Assembly (NCBI GenBank): GCA_018061035.1
Contig: JAGOUX010000004.1
Coordinates: 1-55,929 of the forward strand
Origin: Minisyncoccota bacterium
Lineage (GTDB): Bacteria > Patescibacteriota > Minisyncoccia > Phycocordibacterales > UBA9973
Reading direction: 5' to 3'
DNA: 55,929 bases
Below are positions 35,835 to 44,813 of this stretch, piece after piece. Both the position numbers and the translations under genes were made by a program. Positions within the stretch are counted from its first letter, which is position 1. Each line of letters starts with the position of its first letter. Below the pieces are notes generated by a model, which saw only the letters and a list, made by a program, of their open reading frames with translations, did not search any database and had not been told where the DNA came from.

Positions 35835-37286
35835 ATGCCGAAACCTAATCGAGTTCAAATAATAAAATATGGTCCGCCACCGCCAGAACTTCCTGTCTTC
35901 GGAAAAGTAAAACCAGAAGACGTGTCTTTCATCGGGCGTACTAACTACGTGGCATCTCTCGAAGAAAAGAAATTTATTTTCGGTATTAAGCGCGTGGACC
36001 GTCGTCGTCATCTATACATCATCGGTAAATCTGGAGTTGGTAAGACCAAGCTCCTCGAGCTCTTCCTAAGACAGGACGTGTCCTATGGTCATGGTCTCTG
36101 TCTTATCGACCCGCACGGAGATGTCATCGACGCCATGCTCGACTATATTCCGAGAGAGCGTATCGAAGATGTGTGTATCATTGATCCGGCAGACATAGAC
36201 TTCCCGGCATCTTTCAATCCTCTTGCAAATGTGGATCCGATGTTTAAATTTCAGCTCACTCAAGGACTGATCGAAGTCTTCCAGAAGCAGTTCGGTGCGA
36301 ACTGGACGCCTCGTCTCGAGCACGTTTTTCGATTTACTTGTTTGGCACTGCTCGACTATCCACACGCGACAATGCGTGGAATGATCTCAATGCTCACAGA
36401 CAGAAACTATCGTCAAAAAGTGGTGGAATATATCACTGATGACATGGTCAAAAGATTCTTCGCTATCGAATTCGCCGACTGGTCAGAAAAATTCGATACT
36501 GATGCGATCATTCCGCTTGTGAACAAGCTCGGACAATTCCTTTCTGATCCACTTCTTCGCAATATCTTCGGACAAAAGGAGAACAAGATTGATATTTCGA
36601 AACTAATGAATAGCCAGAAGATAATATTCATCAATCTCTCGAAGGGTCGCCTCGGTGAAGAGAACTCTTCTTTCCTGGGGTCTATGTTCTTGACTAAGAT
36701 CAAGCAGGCAGGAATGGAACGCGCATCTATGCCCGAGAGCGCTCGTAAAGATTTCTACATATATGTGGACGAGTTCCAAAATGTGGTCACCCAGACATTC
36801 GAAAATATTCTCTCTGAAGCGCGCAAGTACGGACTCAATCTAACAATGGCGCACCAATACGTGGGGCAGATCATACCGAAGGTCTATCAAGCAGTGCTCG
36901 GAAATGTGGGATCGGTAATATCCTTCCGTATAGGAGGCGAGGACGCAGTTAGACTTAAGCCAGAATTCTCACCACTATTCGATGTGAAAGATATGATCAA
37001 CCTCGCGGTCACAGAATTCTATGTGAAGATGACTATCGATGGTGAATCCTATGATCCGTTCTCTGCAGAAACTCTCCGAGTTCTGCCACCAACCCATCCA
37101 TCGTACAGAGAGGAGATTATCGAAGCTTCACGCAGAAAATATTCTATTCCAAAAGACGCTGCTCAGAGACTGATTGCAGAAGAAGAGTCGACTATTATTC
37201 GTAGCGCGGAGGAAAAAGCTATTATCGAAGGTAAAGGCCGAGGCGAGGACAAACCAAAGGTTCAGGAAGCTGAGCCGATGATATAA
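35835..37286 (+). CDS. TraD/VirD4/TrwB-like P-loop ATPase, paralogue 2 (no tail)
   Basis: GKSGVGKT, FYIYVDEFQNV, ARKYGLNLTMAHQ. Collinear with 32809..35034. Confidence 0.7.
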   Translation: MPKPNRVQIIKYGPPPPELPVFGKVKPEDVSFIGRTNYVASLEEKKFIFGIKRVDRRRHLYIIGKSGVGKTKLLELFLRQDVSYGHGLCLIDPHGDVIDAMLDYIPRERIEDVCIIDPADIDFPASFNPLANVDPMFKFQLTQGLIEVFQKQFGANWTPRLEHVFRFTCLALLDYPHATMRGMISMLTDRNYRQKVVEYITDDMVKRFFAIEFADWSEKFDTDAIIPLVNKLGQFLSDPLLRNIFGQKENKIDISKLMNSQKIIFINLSKGRLGEENSSFLGSMFLTKIKQAGMERASMPESARKDFYIYVDEFQNVVTQTFENILSEARKYGLNLTMAHQYVGQIIPKVYQAVLGNVGSVISFRIGGEDAVRLKPEFSPLFDVKDMINLAVTEFYVKMTIDGESYDPFSAETLRVLPPTHPSYREEIIEASRRKYSIPKDAAQRLIAEEESTIIRSAEEKAIIEGKGRGEDKPKVQEAEPMI

Positions 37287-37341
37287 TAGGAAATAAAAGT
37301 AATTTTTATAAAACACACGATAATATTCTACTGAATTTTTC

Positions 37342-37377
37342 GCTCGGACTACGGCTCGTCGGCCTACGTATGGTTTT
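37342..37377 (+). repeat. 36-nt conserved intergenic element, copy 3 (upstream of dnaJ)
   Basis: GCTCGGACTACGGCTCGTCGGCCTACGTATGGTTTT. Confidence 0.8.
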
Positions 37378-37419
37378 CTAAAATTTACTTTTATTTTTGA
37401 TTGAATTTTGATTAAAATC

Positions 37420-37428
37420 TGCTAGTAT
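37420..37428 (+). promoter_or_regulatory. extended -10 box, leaderless-type (dnaJ)
   Basis: TGCTAGTAT, 6 nt, ATG 37435. Confidence 0.55.
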
Positions 37429-37434
37429 TTAGGC

Positions 37435-38520
37435 ATGGCAAAGGATTATTACGAAATACTCGGTGTAAATAAGGGCGCGACAAAGGAGGAAATTAAAAAA
37501 GCCTTCTATAGGCTCGCGCACAAGCATCATCCAGATAAAAAAGAGGGAAATGAGGCTAAATTTAAAGAAGTAAACGAAGCTTATCAAGTGCTCTCAGATG
37601 AGGCAAAACGTTCAAAATACGATCAATTTGGGGCCGGATTTGAAAATATGTCTGGTGGATACGGAGGCGGGGCTCAGGGCGGATTCGAAGGCTTCGACTT
37701 CTCAGGATTCCAAAATGGCGGAGCTGATTTTGATTTCGGTAATCTCAACGATATTTTTAGTGACTTTTTCGGAGGTGGTGGAGGTAGAGCTCAGACACGT
37801 AGGGGACGAGATATTTCTACAGAAATTCAGATATCTTTTTCTGAATCAGTATTTGGTATCGAGCGAAAGATTTTAATAACAAAAATGTCGTCATGTTTGA
37901 TCTGTAAGGGCTCAGGCGCGAAGACTGGCAGTAAGATGGAGACATGTAAAACCTGTAATGGCCAAGGCAAGATCCATGAAGCCAAGAGAACAATATTCGG
38001 AACTATCTCAAATACAAAAGTTTGTGATCATTGCCATGGTTCAGGCGAAGTACCAAAAGAGCCATGCGATACATGTAAGGGCAAAGGAGTACTAAGACGT
38101 GAAGAAGAGATTGCTCTCAATATTCCCGCAGGTATTCGTGATGGTGAAATGGTGCGCATGACCGGGCATGGTGAAGCGGTATCAAGGGGAACCACTGGAG
38201 ATCTATATATCAAGATCAATGTTGCCCCACATCCAGTATTCAAGCGAGATGGCCATGATCTAGTAATGAACCTCAATATCAAGCTCTCTGATGCACTTTT
38301 GGGTACAAAGTATCCAATCGAAACTCTTGATGGGGAAATAGAAGTTACTATTCCTGAAGGCGTAACTATTAATGAAATATTGCGAGTAAAAGGCAAGGGT
38401 GTGCCAGTCTCAAAAGGCAAAAGAGGCGACCTGTTGATCAAACTAAATATCAAACTACCGACAAAGATCTCAAAGAAATCTAAAGAGCTGATCGAAAAGC
38501 TAAAGGAGGAGGGAATATAA
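37435..38520 (+). CDS. dnaJ: molecular chaperone DnaJ
   Basis: J domain (KDYYEILGV...HPDK), G/F region, and four CxxCxGxG repeats. Confidence 0.95.
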   Translation: MAKDYYEILGVNKGATKEEIKKAFYRLAHKHHPDKKEGNEAKFKEVNEAYQVLSDEAKRSKYDQFGAGFENMSGGYGGGAQGGFEGFDFSGFQNGGADFDFGNLNDIFSDFFGGGGGRAQTRRGRDISTEIQISFSESVFGIERKILITKMSSCLICKGSGAKTGSKMETCKTCNGQGKIHEAKRTIFGTISNTKVCDHCHGSGEVPKEPCDTCKGKGVLRREEEIALNIPAGIRDGEMVRMTGHGEAVSRGTTGDLYIKINVAPHPVFKRDGHDLVMNLNIKLSDALLGTKYPIETLDGEIEVTIPEGVTINEILRVKGKGVPVSKGKRGDLLIKLNIKLPTKISKKSKELIEKLKEEGI

Positions 38521-38521
38521 T

Positions 38522-39094
38522 ATGATTTCAGAAAAATTTATATTTTTCGGTTTACTAATCCAAATTTTTGGTAGTTTATATTATTTTAAAGACATACTTC
38601 GGGGCACCACAAGACCTAACTTAGTGTCTTGGCTCGTATGGACTTTGTCACCATTTGTGGGAGCTTTCTTCCAATACAAAGCTGGGGCCGGAATTTTGGC
38701 GTTGCCTATATTTATGGGTGGCCTTATATCTTTGTCTGTTATTGCGCTATCTTCTTTCAAGAAAAATGCATTTTGGAAGTTAAACAACCTAGATTTAGTG
38801 TGTGGCGTATTTTCTATTATTGCACTAGGTTTGTATCTAGCCACTCATCATCTAGGAATATCAATTGTTTTTGCTATTGCTAGCGACAGTTTGGCTTATT
38901 TACCAATTTTTAGAAAATTATGGAATTTCCCTAACACGGAAACATCCATTGTGTACTTTACGGGAATTTTATCTAATGTATTAGTGCTTTTGACACTAAA
39001 GGAAGCTGTAGCTTCAATCTACTCTTTCAACCTGGCTGTTATAATCTTAAACCTGGTTGTGGTGTTTTGCATTTATCGTAAGAAGATTATTTAA
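38522..39094 (+). CDS. hypothetical polytopic membrane protein
   Basis: Starts 1 nt after the dnaJ stop. About six hydrophobic helices. Confidence 0.5.
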   Translation: MISEKFIFFGLLIQIFGSLYYFKDILRGTTRPNLVSWLVWTLSPFVGAFFQYKAGAGILALPIFMGGLISLSVIALSSFKKNAFWKLNNLDLVCGVFSIIALGLYLATHHLGISIVFAIASDSLAYLPIFRKLWNFPNTETSIVYFTGILSNVLVLLTLKEAVASIYSFNLAVIILNLVVVFCIYRKKII

Positions 39095-39977
39095 ATCTCT
39101 TCTGGAATTTGTGAGCAATCATGGTGTACATGAGCTGAGCAGATCCATACTCTGTGAGAAATGTTTCTTTTTGAGGAGATACTTCTACAATATCCGCGCC
39201 CACGAGTTCCTTTTTGGTGATGAGCTGTTCGAGTAGATCTACGCCATACCACCACTCTAATCCTCCTTGTACTGCTGTACCAGTGCCAGGCATGTGGGCT
39301 GGGTCAAAGCCATCTACATCGATAGTTATATACAGGTATTTTGTCTTAACACTTTTTAGGATATCTGCGACTGTTGGAACTTTCTTACCATTACCCCATT
39401 CGAAGACGGTGATGTTGTTCTTCTTGTCGGTGAAGTAATTGTATTCTTCATGAGAGTATGTGCGGATACCAACCTGAACTATAGGGAAGCCCATTTCACT
39501 GGCTCGGCGCATGACTGCTGAGTGAGCAAACTGCGAAGGTGTGTCACTATAATCTCCATCATTATTGCGGAGATCACAGTGCGCATCTATTTGAACTATG
39601 GTCACATCTTTTGGATTGTATTTTTTGCTGAGGGCTTCGAAGTTGCCAATGCAGACAGAATGCTCTCCACCTAAAAGAAATATGAATTTATTTTTTGAAA
39701 GTATTCTAGAAGAGGTTTCCTTTATCTTTTCGTAAGCTTGCTTCGGTGAAAGTTTTTCGATCATACTCAAATTCAAGTGTGCAGTCTTAACAAAATCAGT
39801 AACATCGGTCTTGAATTTACGGTCAAAAAATTCAATTTGGGTGTTTAAAAATTCTACAACTTTCTTTGGGCCTAAGGCTGTGCCTTTGTGGCTGGAGGCT
39901 GTTTTTTCATATGGAGCAGAAAGTATGACTACATCTGCTTCCTCTATCTTTTTTGTGTTTACTATTGTTTTTATCAT
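39087..39977 (-). CDS. arginase-family hydrolase (agmatinase-like)
   Basis: GGEHSV, DAHCDL and IDVDGFDP metal-binding motifs. Confidence 0.8.
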   Translation of the reverse strand: MIKTIVNTKKIEEADVVILSAPYEKTASSHKGTALGPKKVVEFLNTQIEFFDRKFKTDVTDFVKTAHLNLSMIEKLSPKQAYEKIKETSSRILSKNKFIFLLGGEHSVCIGNFEALSKKYNPKDVTIVQIDAHCDLRNNDGDYSDTPSQFAHSAVMRRASEMGFPIVQVGIRTYSHEEYNYFTDKKNNITVFEWGNGKKVPTVADILKSVKTKYLYITIDVDGFDPAHMPGTGTAVQGGLEWWYGVDLLEQLITKKELVGADIVEVSPQKETFLTEYGSAQLMYTMIAHKFQKRFK

Positions 39978-40041
39978 CCCGGTAGTAAATTTAAATTAAT
40001 AATCTTTAACCTCGTGCGCCGTAATCAAAAATTTACTACGG
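39978..40041. other. 14-bp-stem inverted repeat in the divergent arginase-family/metK intergenic region
   Basis: CCCGGTAGTAAATTT pairs with AAATTTACTACGGG with one bulge. It starts directly upstream of the minus-strand ATG. Confidence 0.6.
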
Positions 40042-40111
40042 GACAAGTATGTCTAAAGACTAGCATGTATACTTTTATATGCAAATATAGTGTGCTAGAA
40101 TTCCCTTATAT

Positions 40112-41056
40112 ATGAACATCAGAACAGCAGAATTCGTCAGCCCGGGGCATCCTGATAAAATTTGTGATTTTATTGCCGACTCTTTATTAGATGCGTATCT
40201 AGAACTCGACAAGGATAGTCGAGTCGCTGTTGAGGTCATGGGTGGGCACAATCTCATCACTATAAATGGAGAAGTTACCAGTCAGGCAGAACCTGATCTC
40301 GAAAAGCTCGTGAAGTCTATTGTCGGAGAAACATACAAAGTAATAATAAATTTATCCAAACAAAGTCCGAGTATTGCTCAAGGTGTAGATACCGGTGGGG
40401 CGGGTGATCAGGGTATCATGAAAGGCTATGCAGTGGAAGGATTGGAGAATCTCATGCCTCTTGAATACGAGCTCGCGCGTGATCTGTGCCAGAAAGTGTA
40501 TGAAAAATATCCTTATGACGGTAAAGTGCAGGTAACCGTAGAAGGAGATGTTATAAAGACAGTGATAGTTAGCTTTCAGAATTCTAAAAATGAAGATCTA
40601 CTTCCGCTCGTACAAGGATTAATAAAATCAGAAGAATATATCATAAACAGAGCAGGCGAATGGACCTTGGGAGGATTCGATGCAGACACAGGACTCTCAG
40701 GCAGAAAATTGATTATCGATAACTATGGTCCAGAGATACCAATAGGTGGCGGATCATTTTCAGGTAAGGATTATACCAAGGTGGACCGAAGCGCTGCATA
40801 TATGGCTCGCAAAATTGCCATTGATTTTATCAAGGCGAAAAAGGCAAAAGAAGCATTCGTAAAATTAGCGTATGCGATAGGGAAGCCCGAGCCGGTGATG
40901 GCGGTGGCTATGCTAGATGGCAGAGAGGTGGAAATCGAAGGTTACGATCTCTCTCCTTTAGGAATTCGCAAGGCGCTTAAATTAGATACTGTAAAATTCA
41001 GAGAAACATCTCAATGGGGACATTTTGGAAGAAAAGATTTTCCTTGGGAGAATTAA
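40112..41056 (+). CDS. metK: S-adenosylmethionine synthetase, compact (314 aa)
   Basis: SPGHPDKICD, GAGDQGIMKGYA, GGGSFSGKDYTKVDRSAAY. Confidence 0.85.
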   Translation: MNIRTAEFVSPGHPDKICDFIADSLLDAYLELDKDSRVAVEVMGGHNLITINGEVTSQAEPDLEKLVKSIVGETYKVIINLSKQSPSIAQGVDTGGAGDQGIMKGYAVEGLENLMPLEYELARDLCQKVYEKYPYDGKVQVTVEGDVIKTVIVSFQNSKNEDLLPLVQGLIKSEEYIINRAGEWTLGGFDADTGLSGRKLIIDNYGPEIPIGGGSFSGKDYTKVDRSAAYMARKIAIDFIKAKKAKEAFVKLAYAIGKPEPVMAVAMLDGREVEIEGYDLSPLGIRKALKLDTVKFRETSQWGHFGRKDFPWEN

Positions 41057-42429
41057 ATCTTTGAAACCCTTTGTCCCTCCGCACCATCTTTGACCTCATA
41101 GCCGAGATTATTTATCTGAGCTCGAATTTCGTCAGACTTTTTAAAATCTTTTTCTTGTCGAGCAGTTTCTCTTTCAGTTACCAATTTCTGTACTTCATCG
41201 GGAATGACATCAGCTTTCACATTTTCAAAACCGAGTCCTAGGACTTTGTCGAAATCTAAAATGGTGGCCTTTTTGTCAGCAGGAGACATGTTCTCGTCCT
41301 TCATTACATCCCAAAGAAGTGATATCGCTCTCGGAGTGTTGAGGTCGTCGTTTATGAATTCAGTGAACTTAGTTTGGTATTCTTCGTGTACATTTCCAGT
41401 CTCATTACCAAGGTCTACATAGAGGGCAAAAAGGCGTTTTAAGGCTGTTTCTGAGGCTTCTAAGGCCTCCCAGACAAAGTTCACGCGGGTGGTGTAATTA
41501 GCCATGAGAAGCCAGAAACGATAAGCCACAGGCTGGATACCTCGTTCAATTACTTCTCGTAGGGTGTAGAAGTTATTTGCGGATTTAGACATTTTTTTCT
41601 GATCCACAAGTACCCATTCGTTATGCATCCAATATTTAGAAAATTGCTTACCGGTCACACCTTCTGATTGGGCAATCTCATTTTCATGGTGGGGAAATAT
41701 ATTATCAACTCCACCAGTATGAATATCTATCTGCTCTCCGAGGTTTGCCATCGACATCGCAGAACATTCAATATGCCAGCCTGGTCGGCCCTTACCTAAT
41801 TCTGTTTCCCAGTACACTTCGCCATCCTGCTCATCCCAGGCTTTCCATAATGCAAAGTCTTGAACGTTGTCCTTGTCGTATTCATCTGTCTGTATTCTGC
41901 CTGAAGCATTTTCTTTTTGTTCAGATAGATCGAGGTGAGAAAGCTTGCCGTACTCGGGAAATTTTTTAATATTGAAGTAAACGCTACCGTCAGCGCTTTT
42001 GTAGGCGATACCTTTGGCTTCTAGTTTCTTGATGATTTCCACCATTTCATCTATATAATCAGTGGCCTTTGTGAATTTAGTTGGCGGTAGGATATGCAAG
42101 GATTCTATATCTTTAAAAAATTCAGTACTATAAAATTCGGTGAACTCTTTTAAGCTTTTACGCTCGCGTTGTGATTCGCGGATGGTTTTGTCATCAATGT
42201 CGGTGAGGTTCATTATGTGCTTTACATTGTAGCCATTGTAGCTGAGGACTCGTTTTAGAGTGTCGGCGAAAACATAGGCTCGGTAGTTGCCAATATGTGG
42301 ATAGTTGTAGACGGTCGGCCCACAGGAGTAGAACAAAACTTTGTCTTCGTTTAAGGGTACGAATTCCTCTTTTTCTCTAGAGAAAGTATTACGGAGAAAT
42401 ATTTTGTTATGCAATTTGTTTGAATTCAT
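41053..42429 (-). CDS. cysS: cysteine--tRNA ligase
   Basis: YSCGPTVYNYPHIGNYR (HIGH) and KMSKS. Confidence 0.95.
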   Translation of the reverse strand: MNSNKLHNKIFLRNTFSREKEEFVPLNEDKVLFYSCGPTVYNYPHIGNYRAYVFADTLKRVLSYNGYNVKHIMNLTDIDDKTIRESQRERKSLKEFTEFYSTEFFKDIESLHILPPTKFTKATDYIDEMVEIIKKLEAKGIAYKSADGSVYFNIKKFPEYGKLSHLDLSEQKENASGRIQTDEYDKDNVQDFALWKAWDEQDGEVYWETELGKGRPGWHIECSAMSMANLGEQIDIHTGGVDNIFPHHENEIAQSEGVTGKQFSKYWMHNEWVLVDQKKMSKSANNFYTLREVIERGIQPVAYRFWLLMANYTTRVNFVWEALEASETALKRLFALYVDLGNETGNVHEEYQTKFTEFINDDLNTPRAISLLWDVMKDENMSPADKKATILDFDKVLGLGFENVKADVIPDEVQKLVTERETARQEKDFKKSDEIRAQINNLGYEVKDGAEGQRVSKI

Positions 42430-43420
42430 TTCGGTATATAGAGATTAGGGTATAGAGCAGGCTGACAGTAAGTGGACCAACGATGATTCCCACCGGGCCG
42501 AGAAGTGAAATTCCACCAAGCACGGCGAATAGTATAAGAAGAGGTGGAATATTGATACTTCCGCCGACAATATAAGGACTTAGGAAATTGTCGATCATGC
42601 CCACGCCGAGGGCTGACCACAAGACAAGACCGATGGCGTTGCCACTATCACCTGTAGCAAGAAGGAAAATTATTGCTGGAATTGAAACCAAAGCAGTACC
42701 TATCGTAGGTAAAAGTGAGGCCACTGCTGCTACCATTCCCCAAAGTGCGGGATTGGGAACATGAAAGAGCCATAAGCCGAAGCCCATCAGGATACCCTGA
42801 ATTAATCCGATAAAAAGAGAACCCTTGATTACACCGTTGACCGCTAGGGTAAGCCTTTTGATTATTTTCTCGTCATTCTCGTCGCCAAGAGGAGAGAGTA
42901 CAATAAGCGATTGTCTCCAATGTGCTCCGTCTTTGAGGAAGTAAAACATAATCAGGAGCATAAGAATAAATGAGAAGAACGCAGAAAGGGTGGTAGTGAA
43001 AATATTTGCAATATTGCTCGAAGTGTAGGCGATGAAATCAGAAACCCGAGCTTTTACATCAAAGACCACGCCATTTGGTAGGGCATTGTTTACAGCCAAA
43101 TCTATACGATCTAGAAAAGGCTGACTCGCGCCACTCTTGGTAATGCTGTGGAACATATCCTGACTCTGATTGAATACAATAGCTCCAATGCCGAGTATTG
43201 GTCCACAGAGGATAATAGTGAATAGTACAACTGTCAGGAGAGATGCAAGCCAATTTGGTGTTTTTAGATTGAACCACTTATAGACAGGATATAAGACTAT
43301 AGAGAAACATATGCCCAAAACCAGCACTATCCAAAAAGGGCGGAATATCAAAAAGGTGAATATAAGGGTAGTTAGTAATAAACCGAAGAAAAAGTACTTT
43401 TCAGCTATTTTTGTTTGCAT
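42407..43420 (-). CDS. AI-2E family transporter (PerM-like)
   Basis: Polytopic membrane protein with a typical AI-2E layout. ATG 43420 lies 8 nt after TGTTACAAT. Confidence 0.75.
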   Translation of the reverse strand: MQTKIAEKYFFFGLLLTTLIFTFLIFRPFWIVLVLGICFSIVLYPVYKWFNLKTPNWLASLLTVVLFTIILCGPILGIGAIVFNQSQDMFHSITKSGASQPFLDRIDLAVNNALPNGVVFDVKARVSDFIAYTSSNIANIFTTTLSAFFSFILMLLIMFYFLKDGAHWRQSLIVLSPLGDENDEKIIKRLTLAVNGVIKGSLFIGLIQGILMGFGLWLFHVPNPALWGMVAAVASLLPTIGTALVSIPAIIFLLATGDSGNAIGLVLWSALGVGMIDNFLSPYIVGGSINIPPLLILFAVLGGISLLGPVGIIVGPLTVSLLYTLISIYRNEFKQIA

Positions 43421-43480
43421 ATATGGATATTGTAACATACGCTTGCTTTTTCGTTAAATATCTTATAATATAGGACCAGT

Positions 43481-43807
43481 ATGAAAACAGCTGAATTTGC
43501 AGTAATAAAAACAGGCGGAAAGCAATACAAAGTCTCTGAAGGAGGCCTTGTTTCTATTGAGAAAATGAAGGGCGAATATGCTAAAGGCGACAAGATCACT
43601 TTCACAGAGGTCCTATTGGTAGACAACGGCAAGGACACAACAATTGGTACACCATTTATAGACGGAGCAAAGGTAGAGGCTGAAATCGTAGAGATCGGCC
43701 GAGCCCGAAAAGTCCTAGTACTCAAATACAAGCAAAAGTCACGATACTTGAAGAGAAACGGTCACCGACAGCCATTCTTTAAAGTAAAAATTACTTCTAT
43801 AAAATAA
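43481..43807 (+). CDS. rplU: 50S ribosomal protein L21
   Basis: FAVIKTGGKQYKVSEG...LKYKQKSRYLKRNGHRQ. Confidence 0.95.
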   Translation: MKTAEFAVIKTGGKQYKVSEGGLVSIEKMKGEYAKGDKITFTEVLLVDNGKDTTIGTPFIDGAKVEAEIVEIGRARKVLVLKYKQKSRYLKRNGHRQPFFKVKITSIK

Positions 43808-43818
43808 ATAAAAACAAA

Positions 43819-43845
43819 AACCACCTAATCGGTGGTTTTTGTTTT
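43819..43845 (+). terminator. rho-independent terminator after rplU
   Basis: CCACC-TAATC-GGTGG plus TTTTTGTTTT. Confidence 0.75.
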
Positions 43846-43846
43846 G

Positions 43847-43855
43847 TGGTAATAT
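43847..43855 (+). promoter_or_regulatory. extended -10 box, leaderless-type
   Basis: TGGTAATAT, 6 nt, ATG 43862. Confidence 0.5.
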
Positions 43856-43861
43856 ATCAAT

Positions 43862-44071
43862 ATGCTCAAGATACTTACAAAGCTGTTTTGGTTTATATTC
43901 TCAGCGGGAATAGGAATGGTTATATTTCTTGTTTTGGTTAAAATTACTGATGAAAATATTTCTGAAAATTACGCTTTGGCTGGAGGTGCTTTTGTGTTGA
44001 TTTATCTAATTTTAGCTCTAGGTGTTACCTTGTATTTTTATAAGTTTTTTACAAAACTTTTTGTTAAGTAG
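43862..44071 (+). CDS. hypothetical small two-helix membrane protein
   Basis: The start lies 6 nt after TGGTAATAT. Two hydrophobic segments. Confidence 0.45.
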   Translation: MLKILTKLFWFIFSAGIGMVIFLVLVKITDENISENYALAGGAFVLIYLILALGVTLYFYKFFTKLFVK

Positions 44072-44683
44072 CTATTGTCTATTTCTTAGAGCATTCTTGA
44101 GGGTCTCGTTATCTGAATACTCGAGCTCCGTACCTGTCGAGAGTCCTCGGCCAAGGGATGAAATTTTTATATTTTTTGTATCGCAGATATCTTTGATTTG
44201 CTCACGTACATACTGATCTGTATGCTCTCCCTGTGGATTAAGAGAGAAGGCGAGTATGACCTCTTGTAGGTCTTTTTGATTAGAAATTTTCTGTTTGAGT
44301 TCCTCTATTCGTACTCGGCTCTTTGTAGTCTTTTCAACTATTGGCACGAGACCGCCCAAGATGAAATATTTGCCACCATAAACTTTGCTTTTCCTTACAC
44401 TCTCAAGATCAGAGTCTTTTTCGATAACCATAAGCATTGTAGGGTCCGTGTTTGGATTACCGCAAATATCACATAGGGTGGATTTATTTTCTTTTCCTAG
44501 GAAAAATTGATAGCATTCCTTGCACTGAGATACTTCTTTTTTAAGTTCCAGTATCATCCGAGATAGATTGTTTGCATATTCGCCATTTCGGAACATTAGA
44601 AAATACACAAAGCGGCGAGCTTGCCTTTCGCCGATACCGGGAAATTCCTTAAATATTTCTGTGAGTTTGTCTATAGAATCCAT
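44072..44683 (-). CDS. recR: recombination protein RecR
   Basis: FPGIGERQARRFVYFL (HhH), CxxC..CxxC zinc finger, and Toprim region. Confidence 0.9.
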   Translation of the reverse strand: MDSIDKLTEIFKEFPGIGERQARRFVYFLMFRNGEYANNLSRMILELKKEVSQCKECYQFFLGKENKSTLCDICGNPNTDPTMLMVIEKDSDLESVRKSKVYGGKYFILGGLVPIVEKTTKSRVRIEELKQKISNQKDLQEVILAFSLNPQGEHTDQYVREQIKDICDTKNIKISSLGRGLSTGTELEYSDNETLKNALRNRQ

Positions 44684-44813
44684 CCCGTTAGAGGCAGGAA
44701 ATGTTTACCATTTCCGTAGTTATGCTACTTTTAATAAAAAATTTAAACACAGAGATATAGTAACACATTATTTATTTTATAGACCATATGACCTCTGGTG
44801 GGATCCATATCCC

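Noticed and set aside
39978-40111. A SAM riboswitch upstream of metK, and T-boxes upstream of alaS, trpS and cysS.
   Set aside because: No conserved riboswitch or T-box sequence is seen. alaS and trpS start 6 nt after a -10 box, and cysS is coupled to the upstream transporter gene.
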